The translations under genes were made by a program, and so were the position numbers. DNA of 64,000 nucleotides from Hormiphora californensis. Lineage: Eukaryota; Animalia; Ctenophora. Each line of letters opens with the position of its first letter. The first letter of the stretch is position 1. A model generated the notes under the pieces. The model saw nothing but the letters and a program-made list of their open reading frames with translations, made no database searches and was not told the DNA's origin. Shown piece after piece: positions 1-21,366 of the stretch. The stretch is from the NCBI GenBank assembly GCA_020137815.1, contig CM035355.1, forward strand, positions 7,564,001 through 7,628,000. The letters run 5' to 3'.

Positions 1-3000
1 CGGTGTAGATCTTTCTGTCAACAAGAGAGGACTAATCTGATGTTTGAGACGGATGATCAGATGGAACAAGCGAAGGAGGTTCTCTCTCCATTCCTTATGT
101 GTCTTCTGCAGTGGAGAAAGAGAGAAGAAGGATCCCCGGATAATGGTCAATGACCTTGATCAGGACCTGTTAGAGAAGGATAGTCTTCTCTCCGAGATTG
201 TCAGTGATAAGAATGAGTCAGTGAAGAGGCTTGTTGAGGAGGGTCATGTGTGAAGGTGGTTCATATTAACAAGACAGGGAGATATGCTGTGGATTCAGGT
301 AACCCCAGAGGTGAGGAAGGTGATTGCTGACGGAAGGACAAGCTCTTTTTGAGCTCCGACAGCACTTTGTTAGGAACAGGTTTTATGTCACTCAGTGTTT
401 CCACTGTCAGCGCTTTGGTCATGTAGCGGGTCCATCTACTGTCCAAACAAGGATAAATCTGCTGTTTGTGCCTTCTGTACAGGGGATCATGAACTAGGAG
501 TTGCCAAGCCAAGAAGGATAACGTAGTGAGCAGAATGAAATGTCAACTGGATCATGGAGGAAGCAAAGAGGACAAGCGTCATGCTAAGAGTCACCCAGCC
601 TCAAGCAGTATGTGTCCATTCTACATCAATGCTAAAGCTAGACTCATGGAGGCACAAGTGGCGTGACTAAGGAGGAAAAAACCTGTAATCAGACGAGGGC
701 ATGGGAGGACCTGAGAGGAAAACGACTTGGAAGATTGGCTCACTAAATGTTCACTCAATTATGATAAAACGTCAGGTGTAATACACACTTGGAGGAAAAA
801 GGATGCGACCATCTGGCGGACAGGAGACTTATCTGAAGCAAAGTGACACTGCAAAACTTCAGGAGATTAGAGATTATGGTTGAACATCTTCTCCTCTCCT
901 AGGGCCGAACGCTCTGGAGGAGGAATTGGATCTTGTACAGGGATGGCGTAAAGATCAAGTACACACCAGTAAAGACTAAGTTTAAATCATTCCAGGTCCA
1001 GGAAGCCCTTATCGGTATTGGGCAGGATCTTACAAGGTTGTGCAATATCTATAGGCCTCCTTACACGGGCAAGGCAAGATATACGGAAGCACAGTTCCTG
1101 GATGAGTTTAATGACTATCTGTCCGAGCTAGTCTGCAAAACTGGATATCCGTTCTGATGGGTGATTTTAACTTCCAAGTCCACGACACCCAGAACTTCTA
1201 TGCCAAGAAATTACTTGCACTGCTTGACTCTCTGGGGTTTGATCAATTAGTTCCAATGCAAACCCACCCATGTGTCGAGGAGGTACTCTTGATCTCTTGC
1301 TGTGCCAAAAAGACAGAGTTTCTAAAGTTCAATCAGTGACAATATTTCCAGAAGGGACAACTTCGGAATCACTTTATGTTTTAGCTGATCTGTTAATCGA
1401 GGACTACTAGAAGTGAATACAAAACCCGTGAACAGATTGACACATAACAGAGATTTTAGGGCAGTTGACCTGGAACTGTTCAGGCGAGCTTTGGAGATGT
1501 GGATTGGAGTGCGGTGATGGAGTCTAAATCTGCTGAGGATGCTTTGGCTGCTTATTCGAGGATAATCGAGGATCTTGTGGAGAGGACTGTCCACTGAAGA
1601 GGAAAAAGAGAAAGGGGCGAAGATAAAGCCATGGAGAGATAATCCAGAGGTGCGTGAGGTTCTTCGACTACGAAGAAAGCGCGAGAGGGCTTGGGAAAGC
1701 AACAGAACTAGTATAACGAAGAAGCAATTCAATGACCTCAGAGAAGTTTGGACGTGTGGATAAAGAGGCGAGAATGAAGTAGTGTGAAAGATGATCTAGA
1801 GAATCAAGGGATGACCCAAAGCACTTCAGAGAAGCTCAGCCGCCTTCTTGGAAACAATGAAACCTTTCTACCGAAACAAGTGATAAGGGAAGCTAGCGGA
1901 TGATTTTGGTGACTTCTTTGTTGGAAAAGTTGAGAGGATCCGAACTACTGTGTTAGAGGAGCAGAACCAGAGGACAACGAGGAATGTTTTACATCGACCC
2001 CTGTCTGGTTGTTTTGAAAAGTTTGAGGAGTTTCCCCGAGAAACTAATCAGGATTATCAAAGATATTGCCTGACAAGACCTGTGATCTTGATCTCATACC
2101 TACGTGGTTGGTGAAAGGTTGCATTGATGAGCTAGCCACCGCTTTGTGCAAGTTTGTAAACCTATCACTCCAGTTCCAGCGTTCCTGATATTCTTCAACA
2201 AGCATTGGTTTTTCCTACGATTAAGAACCCCCATGGGGACAAAGACTCCTTATCACACTACCGTCCAGTCTCAACCTACCGTTTATCTCCAAATTACTGG
2301 AAAAGGTTGTCCTAGAGCAGCTGAACTCATACCTCAATGAGAATGAGTTACTAACAAACATCAATCGGGTTATCGGGTGGGACATAGTTGTGAAACACTC
2401 TGATGGGTATGTTTGATGATTTACTACGAGACCTTGATGAAGGAAAGGTCACTGGCCTCTTTCTTTTAGACATGAGTGCTGCCTTTGATACAGTGGACCA
2501 TGGGAAGCTGCTAGAGACTCTGAGGACAGTTTGAGTGAAAGGCTCTGTGCTGGATTGGTTTGCAGCTATCTACAGTGTAGGAATTACCGAGTTAATGTGG
2601 AGGGGGAGCTTTCGAGGATCACACGCTGATATGTGGAGTTCCACAGGGGTCACTGCTAGGGCCGGTATTGTTCTTGTTGTATGTCGAGGAGCTCCAGGAC
2701 TTGGTTAGACCCTTTGGTCTGAGGATTAAGCTATACGCCGATGACTCTCAACTGTACATCAGTCTTGTGCCTACTGACGAGGATGGTTGGAATGCAGCGA
2801 AGGAGAGGATTGAGGAGTGTCTATCACAGTGTGAAACTGTGGATGAGTGATCACTGGCTTAAGTGTAATGAGCAAAGACAGAGTTTTTACTGTTAGGTAA
2901 GAGCAGTGCTCTGGATAAGATGGTCTTCCAGCCCACAGTAAGCTTTGGAGGAGTGGAAATCAGCCCTATGGAATTTACTGGATCTGCAGGGAAGACCCTG

Positions 3001-4037
3001 GGTGTTATTCCTTGACAGTAACATTTCGATGGAAAGGCAGATCAACAGTGTTAAGAAGCAAGTGGAATGCTTCTCAAGAATTTGTGGCAGGTTAACCGAT
3101 GTTTGGATAAACCGACCAAGATGCTCTGGTGAAGCAACTCATCGTTTCGAGACTTGACTACTGTAATGTCCTTTATTCTGGCTTACCAAAGAAGCTCCTG
3201 GATAGCTTGCAGCGAGTTTCTGAACTCATGTGTCAGATTTGTGTATGGCCTGTATGGTCACCAGGACAGTTACATGCCCTACTTGAGTGAAATGCACGTC
3301 CTCCCCGATTGAACAGCGAGTTAAGTTCAAGGTTTGCTTAATGGCGTACAAGATTGTACATGGCTTGGCTCCAGTGTACCTGCAGGAACAGGTCCCTGTG
3401 GATGATGGACTACATGTGATCCGGACTACCAGAGGAAACGCTCAGCCTGATGGCCTCAAGCTGAGGTATCCTAAGCTATCCAGTGTGAATGCAACTTCTA
3501 AGTTGAGGAGGAGACGTCCGTCGGTTTATCTGCCTGAAATCTGGAATAAGCTTTCCATTGATCTGAGAGCAATTGACTCTGTGGACTCTTTCAAGTCTAA
3601 GCTAAAGACTAGTCTCTTCATTGAGGCTTTCGGTGAATCCTGATTGTCACTGGAGTGTTCTCTCCATCTACTGAGGTTTGTTCTCTAGCTGGTACCTGTT
3701 TTTTTTTTTCTGTATTTGGCTCGTGGCGAGCAGAAGTGTGAAGCACGTTTTGGGTTTTTTCATAGCACGAGTGTTTTCTATCTATTGGACTTTTAAACCA
3801 TCTTTTTAGAGTTCACAGGACTCTTCTCAGTCTGTTATGTTTTCAGTTACCGATAGTTATGTGGGCCGTTGTTTTTTTTTTACCATTTTTTGTGGCAATA
3901 TTAAGGATATAGTCGGCAGGTATATTCAAGTATGTTAACCGTTCAGATCATCCTTCAGTGACAGCAACAGTTCTACTGCTCTGTCCCTGTCGGATATGGG
4001 CGGAATACAAACATAGTTATTATTATTATTATTATTT
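1..4037 (+). mobile_element. Non-LTR retrotransposon (L2/CR1 group, L2-like), 5' end outside the window, multiple frameshifts
   Basis: ORF1 C-terminus has Cys/His knuckles (QCFHCQRFGH at about 393-422). ORF2 fragments show APE motifs (ETYL, RSGGGI, MGDFN at 1157) and RT motifs (GVPQGSLLGPVLFLLYV at about 2635, LYADDSQLY at about 2731). L2-type C-terminus (VKFKVCLMAYKIVHGLAPVYL...WNKL...FKSKLKT) ends at 3643; (TTA)n tail at about 4017-4037. Confidence 0.92.
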
Positions 4038-4119
4038 ATAGCACGTTTTTAAAAAAACTGTGTCATACAGTGAATGAGACTCATCGCGATTAACTCTTCA
4101 TACGGTTACCCCCTTTCTC

Positions 4120-5312
4120 TCTTTGGCAGCTGCTGACTTTGTTTTAAACTTTCCAACACTACTTTAAACAAATTAATTTGAGCAACATGGCGATGTAACG
4201 GCCCCAAAGGGCAGAACGTAAGATAATGGCAGACGAACAACGAGAATTGGACTTTGCTGTAAGACGGATTCTGACGCTGGCCAAAAGTGGAGAGAGCTCT
4301 GTCGCTGGCAATGTCTTAAGAAAGTGCAGGAGCAGTCCAGATTTCAACGATGCTGAAATACCGTCATCAGTTAAAATCAGCTCTGTACACACGAAATATG
4401 AGCTACAACAACTGATTGAAGAAATGAGCTTCGCAACCTTTATTGTTCTAAAACACTTTGAGCGTCATATCTTTGCCGAGAAATCCCCTGAGATGGTACT
4501 CAAAGAGGAGCTCGGCGAACTCAAAGAGGAGCGAGATGAACTGTTGAGAAAATCTGTCGAGTTGCAGGAGCAGGAGGAGAAGTTGAAAGTGGAGTGTGAT
4601 GATCTTTTGGAAGAACTGTCAAGTTACAAGAGCAGGTTATTGAGCTTCAGGGCGAGCAACTGCATCGAGTTACCGAGACGGTACAGAAAGATTTGCGTAC
4701 TTTCTCTGCAGTCGTCACACAGAATTGTAAAACTGCGTTTGCATCGAAAAAGATCCAGAAAGCCGTGGAAAAGGTTACGCACAAGCCAGTAGATACCGGC
4801 CCAGACAGATCGAAAAATCTGATGGTGTTTGGTCTACCGGAATGTGAGGATGAAACTGAATCTGTGTTAAAGGGTGAAGTGGAAAATGTTTTTGCTGAGC
4901 TAGGCGAGAAACCGACCATAGAAGCTAGAAGGGTGGGTTTGAAACGGGGAGGAAGGGAGAGACCAGTGATTGTGAAGCTACAGAGTAGGGAAATGCTGCT
5001 GAGCCTTCTCCAGAAGGCAAAGCAGCTAAAACAGTTAGAATCGTAGCGGTGTATATCTTGCAAGGGATATGTCCTTCGCAGAGAGAAGTGAGAGGAGAGA
5101 ACTCCACCAAACGTTGAAGGAGTTGAGGGACTCGAATCCTGGAGGCCAATTCCGGGTACGGAGGGGGTGATAGACTTTTCATAATAGGTATCTTCAATGA
5201 ACTTTAATATCTATCGGTAACCCGTATTTGCCCACAAAAAGGGGCTTATTTATACAATTAAATTGTGTAAATTATATAGATTTAATAATAATAATAATTA
5301 TCTTTGGCAGCT
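4120..5312 (+). mobile_element. Non-autonomous ORF1-only retroposon with SL-like 5' end, (TAA)n tail and 12-bp flanking direct repeat
   Basis: TCTTTGGCAGCT occurs at 4120-4131 and 5301-5312. SL-like 42-mer at 4141-4182. Frameshifted ORF 4226 to about 5170 has a coiled coil followed by LINE ORF1 RRM/CTD-like motifs (NLMVFGLPE...ARRVG...RPVIVKL). (TAA)n tail at 5283-5298. No RT. Confidence 0.85.
4141..4182 (+). other. Genomic copy of a spliced-leader (SL) exon-like sequence
   Basis: GTTTTAAACTTTCCAACACTACTTTAAACAAATTAATTTGAG is 39/42 identical to the reverse complement of 34427-34468 and matches my recollection of the ctenophore SL exon (...CAACACTACTTTAAACAAATTAATTTGAG). Not followed by a GT donor. 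Confidence 0.8.
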
Positions 5313-5733
5313 TCTCTTCGGCTGTTGGAAAGTGATGCCAATCGGTGTTGGAGTTAGTGAATTTTCAGCAGACAGCTTTTTAAAAAACTTCATTCCGAAA
5401 AGTTATCCCGCGCTGCAACGTTTGCCAATCCGAAAAGTTGTTTCTATCCGTTTCCGCAAAAACGGCTGTAATTTATCCCCCGAAAGTTTGCAACTCAGTT
5501 CGATGCCAGACGAAATAATTATGTACTACGGTCGGCGACATGTATTCTCGTGATGTTATCACACGTAATTTAAATTTTGAACTCCCTTAGAGGGTGCGTC
5601 CGCGAAACTCCGGCCACCTGAAGAAAGAAAGAAGAGAGTGTTGGGCGTGGATTTTGTTAAAATGAATTTCGTTTAAGTTTTTATTTAACTAATAATCGAA
5701 CTTTTGTATTGTTTCAAGAATATGTCAAACTAG

Positions 5734-14166
<8,433 letters not shown>

Positions 14167-15530
14167 ATGGGGGACATTGTTTTGTTGAGATTTGAGAAGG
14201 ATTTGAGATTTCAGGGACAATCGTGATACTGATAGGGAGTTCAGGCATTGATTAGGGCCGGGATTGCTTGACTATTTTGATAACTTTAGGCCGCTTTATG
14301 CTATTGTGAAACTTGTATATGCTAGACTGTGTAAAATACTGAAATGTATCTGCTGTAAAAACGCATTTCTAATCGGTGGTATACAGTGTATACTACACCG
14401 AATATACTATACACCTGTGAATTGTTCAAAATATTTACAATTAGCTGGCTATAATGTTTGGTATATATATTGTGTGGGCCACAAGTCGATTTGATTGTGT
14501 AACTATCAGGAGTGATTATAAGAAGCTATTCCTGACTGTATTTGTTTGACTATTTTAAAGATTTTGTAATTTGTATCTCGCTGAGGCTGAACGTGGTGTG
14601 ATTGTGAAGATATAAATGTGGAAACGTGCTTTGTTGTTTTAGACAATTGCAAATGCATGTTATGATTAAATATGGAATTTATCTTGTACAAATACATTAC
14701 CAATTACACGGTCGCTTGTAGTGGGAAAACGGTAATGGAAAACGAAGATACAGTAAGACGACGCGCAACCGTGACCAATCAGGGCGCTAGTACGTGCTGA
14801 CACGTCTCCTTACTGTATTTTCATTACGGTAATTTGACTACAAGCAGCACATGGTATGGCATGGTGTTATTACATTTTCTCGCGCTATATCCGGGAACTT
14901 TCATTTTTGGTACCCAATCGAGGTCAGGAACATACGCGGCGTGATTTTCCTTCTTGAGCCGCTTGCAGACGGCGCGCTTTATTTGCGCGGCGCAGCTCAG
15001 ATTGCAAGTTTGCATTTTATTTTGCAAAATTAAAAATGCAAACTTGCAATTTTGTTAAAAAAAGTGAAAGCGAGAGAACTCCTTGGCATGCGCTGCAGAC
15101 CCCAAGTGCGCGCGTTTTCCACGGCTTTGAGGGCCTGTAGCATAGGCCAAGAGAACTCCCAAAACTCAAAAGTTACCGTTCTTGGAGTGGTGGGCTCTTG
15201 AACTTTTTTACGGTACACTATTCTGAAGTCAAAATGGTTGATGAATCCAGAAGGACACAAATGTGGATTCAGGATTTGGGGCTCAAAGAGTTTGGTTCCA
15301 GTACTGAACCAAACTGTACCGGAAATGGTCTTTCGCTAAATCTTCGGCTTCATATTGAGGTACCTAATATTCTATGCTTAATTGTTAATGTTCATGTTTA
15401 TATTCATTCACCCCACGGAAGTGGCCCTAGATCACACGGGTCTGTGTATATGTTGGGTGAGATCATCTAGTGTTGTTGATTACACACTCCGACAAAGAGA
15501 AACAATAACATTGACAGTTATCATTTGACC

Positions 15531-18500
15531 ATGTTGCTATTCGTTGTAGCTGCAGCTACATTTCTGCAGTTTGGGGCCGGTTCAGGCGATTGCAATTCAG
15601 GTGTGAAGCTGTCTGGCGGCGCCAGACCCCAATTTGATTCTCAAAATTCTAATCTGAGCGCGCGACAGTGCGCTCAGATGGGTCGCGGCGCCAGACAGGT
15701 GTGAAGGGAGTTCAATCGAGAAATGTCTCACAGAATCTTACAGTTGTTGACATCTAAATACGTTTCTCTTCTCAGCTTGTGATTTGGTTGTTGATGGAAG
15801 TATTTCTACGGGAAATCTCTGGTGGGGAACAGGGGCCGATGTTCTCGATGGAACCATGTTGATTGAGGGGAGTTTCAACCTTCAACACAGCACTGATAAG
15901 AGTCTTCTGAGGTGTGTAATTATTTCACTAGCGTAGTTCAATAGTGAAATCAGTTTTGAGTCGCATAGTCCACACAATTCATTATTTAGAGTATGTTAGT
16001 CTAACGACTAACGTCCGTTACTTCAGTTTCAAAATAAACAATGGAGCTACCCCACTCGTGTTCGAATTCGACTATTCTGGTGTCTCAAAACTACTGAAAA
16101 TCTACGGAATGTCCAATAGTAACAATGCGAACGGCTACGAGCAGGAAGCGGTGGATGGGATAGGTAAACATTGAGTGAGAAACACAGAGAGAAAACATAA
16201 ACATAAACTACCACTTCTATCAAGACCCATGATATATGTAACCGTCTAACGCAAACCTAATCTTGCTCAGCGGAGGATGGCGACTTCTCTCTAAAATTTT
16301 CGACCGCCGAGGGTTCTGATGGGTACACGATCATTTACAAGGATAAACTCCACACATCGGGCACTGCCATCAAGTTTACCTATAATGACAACTGGAGTAC
16401 CTTCCAGGCCAGCCCTTACAAGTTTCTAGAGAGCACTAACATAACTCTCACTGGAGATAGGGTCGCCGTGGCCTTCATCAATGTCTGTGCCAGTACGTAT
16501 ATTTATTTGCCTACCTTTTTACAAATTTTGTCCCAACTTGTTTGTCCCTATAATCAGACATACTTCCGATACTAACGAGTTGTTATTGTAACCATGGCAA
16601 CCCCCTTGTTATAGGTGTACTACCAGTGATTTGTAGTAACGGTCAGCCATCTAGCATCCCAACGTACAGTCTTCAACAGAATATTGAATTGAAGTGCACG
16701 GCTCATGGACTCAAACCACTCTCTGCGTCCTGGTCATCGGGTTCAGTCGGTGAGTCAATGTTTAAGTGACCGATTGAGAATATTCCCAAAATATTTCATA
16801 TCCATAACAATCACTCCGGGCGTCGTAGCATTGACACACTTGACAGTTGACTTACTTAGCATATAATAATATTCCTATTTTTTTCTTCCAGTGAATGATG
16901 CCACGAAAGCTGTTCTGGCTACAAAGAATGATGTGATTGCAGCGACATACGGGAATACCATCACGTCCACTCTAACTATCAAGTCTCTGACACTGAATGA
17001 ATTGGCTACCTACACTTGTACAGTCTCATCGGAGCAGTCCCACTTTAAAGATACTCAGGAGTACACTGTCTCTTTCTCAGGTACCTCAACATATCAATTT
17101 TTCCTATTTTTCATCATTAGTGTGTTCAAACTACATATTGTGAGAATCATTCCTAATCAATTGTATTATTATTTTCAGAGGCTCTAAGTGCCAAGTCCTT
17201 CACAACCGGTCAGCAAAGCTTCTACGGGGAGCAGCTGAACGAGCAGTTTACCTTCACTGTTACCGGGTGGCCACTAGAAAACTTGAACGTCAAGGTTCTG
17301 GACGACACATTTACCGAGAACTTCCAAGTAACGGAGATGAAGTACCATAGTCAGGTGCCACCTAAAGTTCAGCTGGTTGCCAAGTTTCCTAATCCGATAA
17401 GAACGGATGAGATCAAATTCTCTGTTGTCAAAACTAACTCTGGATCTGATACCGTGCTGAGAAATATCACAGTCTTCAAAGGTACTAAATTACTTGGTCC
17501 TAACCTCATCCTGGAACAAGAACTTTAAAAAAAACCCAAGTTTTTAGCAAATTGTGCAATTAATATGCAATTATTGTGCAATTATTAGCTGGGCTAGTTG
17601 TGTAATTAGGCTCATTACTATTAATTATCCCTCAAACCCGATTCCTATCCACTACACCTCCTCCCATTATATAGTTGGTGCTAACTGTGGTCAGGGACAG
17701 TACGGGGAGGGACTCATCTGCCGGTCATGTGCCCTCGGAATGACGTCACCACCAAGATCTGACTCCGTCAACGACTGCAGGAAAAGTTAGTGAAATATTA
17801 TCATCCGATAGATTTGTTTGTGTTCATGCAGGTGTGATCTCATCCGACTATCGTCTCGTCACTATTGGATAATCCATCGGATTTGATAACTAAGTGGGCT
17901 TATTAACTAAGTGGTCTTATTATATTACTATTATGTTATCGAGTTACTATTTCAGTGAACAGCGACTGCCAGGCTGGATCATATGGCATTGGTACAGTCT
18001 GCACCCCCTGTCCAGATGGTCGGACCTCAGCTGCTGAATCGCTATTTGTTGAAGACTGCTTTTATACAGATCCGGACTCTGGAAAAGTAATTGATGGTAC
18101 GTTGTTAAATCTTGAAACCTGAACGCTGAATTTAATCGATGATTTGGCCAACCGACTGTTTTTTAGTTGCATAATTTGAGTTAACTGATTTCTTCCTCAA
18201 TAGATGATGATGATGACGATGAACGGCAGGTTGCTACCTATCTGGTTTTAGGAATAACAATAATATGCCTTCTTGTTGTAATACTACTTATTATCGTTAC
18301 TATCACTAAAACTAGTAAGTACTTTATATTTATCTGATTTATCTGAATACATACTGTACTGATTACAAAGACTTTGCGAACTGTGCAATTGTTGTAATAG
18401 TCGTGTGAAAACAAACTACGGAAGTTTTGCTGGATCAATTGTTTGTTCGTGGATACTTGTTCATTGTTGCTATGTGTATCTTTTTCAGAGGTTAAGGAAC

Positions 18501-19079
18501 GAAGGAAGGCAAGGGATCTAGAGCTTAAAAAGTAAGCACTTTCCTGAGCTGAGAGAATTTTCAGAATCCATACTTAGGATCTTTTTCCTGTCCAATACAA
18601 GTTTTTACTTGAATAAATCGTCCTCTTTATTTCAGGGTAAACTCGGTCACTGCTAATCCAGTTGCTAATGGGTCAGTCCAAGATGATATGTACGACAACA
18701 ATCGGCTAGACGGGGGTCGACATGAGGTACCGGTTATACCTGCATGAAAACCCATCATCAATACAGGACAAGGCCGAGTATTCTATGCAGTGCCATCTCG
18801 AATCTTATAATTCATTGAAATCACCCCTTCTTTTTCTTTACTGTTCTGCTGAATTTGACACTTTTCCCAAACTTCTCCCGTTTTTTCAATTCCTCCTCAA
18901 TATCCTCTCAGAATGTGGAATATGCCACTCCCGAGAAGTCTGAGGTAGACAACTATGCTCAACTTGACAAGAAGGCATTCAGGGAATCGAAAAAGAGGCG
19001 GAAGAATAAGGAGAAGGCTGCAGCTCAAGGTTCAAATGTGGCTAGGGATAGGTATGGAGGAGAGGATCCTGAGTATGCT
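15531..19079 (+). CDS. Single-pass cell-surface protein: signal peptide, Ig-like domain, two ephrin-receptor-like (GCC2/3) Cys repeats, TM, Tyr-containing cytoplasmic tail; 3' end unresolved
   Basis: Signal peptide MLLFVVAAATFLQFGAG. Ig strands ELKC...ASW and STLTIKSLTLNELATYTCTV. Cys repeats CGQGQYGEGLICRSCALGMTS...DC and CQAGSYGIGTVCTPCPDGRTS...DC. TM LVLGITIICLLVVILLIIVTI at about 18242-18305. GT-AG introns throughout. Confidence 0.7.
15609..15698. mobile_element. Small hAT-like MITE (CTGTCTGGCG...CGCCAGACAG) with 8-bp TSD; related copies at 35806-35865 and about 60421-60493
   Basis: Terminal inverted repeats; GTGTGAAG duplicated at 15601-15608 and 15699-15706. The copy at 35806 is flanked by GACTTGTT/GACTTGCT. 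Confidence 0.8.
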
Positions 19080-19099
19080 GTGAGTTCTTAGAACTGATA

Positions 19100-20354
19100 G
19101 AACCTGACTAGATCTTCATATTTCTTCATCTATATTCTCTCCGAATCTCTCACTCTCTCTCTCATCTCGTCTCTCCTCTCTCTTCATCTCTCCTCTCTTT
19201 GCTCTATTAGCTACCAGGCTTATCAATAAGTCCAACTCCCGCAATGATCCCTTTTCTCTTATTTACCCTAGCACAGGCCTCAAATCACTCAGCGCCTTAT
19301 CTCCAGCATCAATGCACCTACTCCTCTATCTGCCGATCTCTCAGCTCTCTATCCAACTCTCATCCTCTAACTCACTCATCCCTGACTCTCTCTCTCTCTC
19401 TATCTCTCTCTCTCTTATCGACGACATCTCGAGACGAGATCATGTTTTATCGGAGAGGCATTGTAGCTAGAGAGAAGCGATCGTAGAGCTCTCGAGCGAG
19501 AGACTGACGAGTCTTAGACGAGCTGCGATGCTGAGAGACTGCGGCTCGGAGGTAGCTAGCAGACTTGTATCTACTCGACGCCATTATGGTGACTCGACGA
19601 CTGCTATCTCTACGAGACGAGCGACTCTCTGCATGACGTAGTCACTAGGTGGTCTAGACTCTGGCGCCTCACTCTGAACCCGTAGCAAGGAGAGAGGAGA
19701 GTCAAGAAGGAGAGACGATATAGCTGAGATTAGAAACGAAGATCGTCAAAATCGAATAGCAATGAGATATCTAGCACTCAGTAAGTATATATCTATAATG
19801 GGGAGATTCTGCGAGATTCTATCCCTTCTTCTTTGCTCTTAGTTAGCTACCCAAGGTCCTTATGCAATTTTAAGTTGCCAAACCTCCAGCCACCAATCCT
19901 ACGCTATCTGCCATCCGCCCTCCACCTTGCATGCATACACAGGCTAGATAGGCCAGCGCTCGCTGATATCTTACTTACCTAGCAACCCCCAAGAACAGAC
20001 CACACGCTTATCTGGCGCATGAGTAGAGAGAGAGAGAGAGAGAGCAATAGAGGAGAGCAGCGCCGATGAGAGCAGATCGACGGAGTAGAGACGAGCTGCA
20101 GAGATGGAGACGGTTCGAGATCAGCGTTACGCTGGAGAGGATGAGCCTGAGATTACTTTTTTGAGGGTTCTAGATTGAGCTGGCGAGAGTCTAGAGTCAG
20201 ACTGCGAGAGTGAGCCCCAGACGACGATAGGACGTAGGAGCGCTGAGGATGAGAGACCGTGTCGGGACGAAGAGAGAGAGATGTCGAGTAGAGAGCGATG
20301 AGATCCTATCTCCATATGAAAGAGACAGCGCTATTCTTCTAATCCTGATATCTT

Positions 20355-20399
<45 letters not shown>

Positions 20400-20794
20400 C
20401 CCCCATACCTTCATTAGGACGCGGATGGTCTATAACTGACATACTTGACATGCAGCTACGACAGTACTCGACTTATGTGCCACCGGATTATATTATATGC
20501 ACTACATAGGACGAACATTCTAGACAGACATTTAAGAATTTGCAGTGACATACAGAGAGCGGGATCAGAGAGAATAAGAGATAGAAAGACAGGAGTGAGA
20601 TAGGGAGAGAGGAGGGGAAGATTGGCCGGATTTGGGAGGAAACGACAGAGTAGAGGACAATTGACAATTGTAACGATACAGATTTATTTTGAATCATGTT
20701 GCTAATTCTGATTACTGCCTATAATACTGTTTTCGGTAGAACCAAACTGCACTCACCATCACTTCCTCCTGTCCTTTCTGAATATCTCTCTCCC

Positions 20795-20872
<78 letters not shown>

Positions 20873-20878
20873 TCTCTT

Positions 20879-20952
<74 letters not shown>

Positions 20953-20960
20953 TCTCTATC
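19100..20960. repeat. CT/AG microsatellite-rich, low-accuracy sequence
   Basis: Long (CT)n tracts (for example 20786-20960) and indel-riddled internal duplicates (about 19195-19245 vs 19830-19890). Similar tracts at 8580-8700, 11300-11445 and 59060-59250. Confidence 0.8.
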
Positions 20961-21366
20961 TCTCATCTATCTTGCCACATTTTTGTCAGAATGATCTCTG
21001 ATATGCTGTTGATATATCCAACTCATTATAGAGCTTGGACTCGTTAAGAAACTGCATCACCTATCAGATAATATATGAAGTTCTCTCTATCTCAATTATG
21101 TCTTTGAAAAGGCAGACCTTTCCCTCCTTCAGTCCTTCGTTATAACATGCGCCCTCTGTATATCATTCAGCGAGATCGAGAGAGGGAGATGTCTAGGGAG
21201 CAATTAGCGAGGCGCTAATGGTATAATTTCTGCAAGCTCTATCCTCGATTATATCTGATCATTTCTCTCTATACCCCAGTTCTTCCTAGTTTCCTTCGTG
21301 ATTTATATCAGTCACGTTTCCATTTAGATAATTTGTTATTTTCGATAACTCTAGAGACTATAAAAG

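Noticed and set aside
19100-20460. Novel structured or cryptic coding region
   Set aside because: It looks like uncorrected long-read sequence: degenerate CT/AG runs and indel-riddled duplicates of nearby sequence.
20696-21001. Leu-Ser and Arg-Glu repeat ORFs (also 8513, 11266, 11286, 59005)
   Set aside because: These are translations of (CT)n/(AG)n microsatellites.
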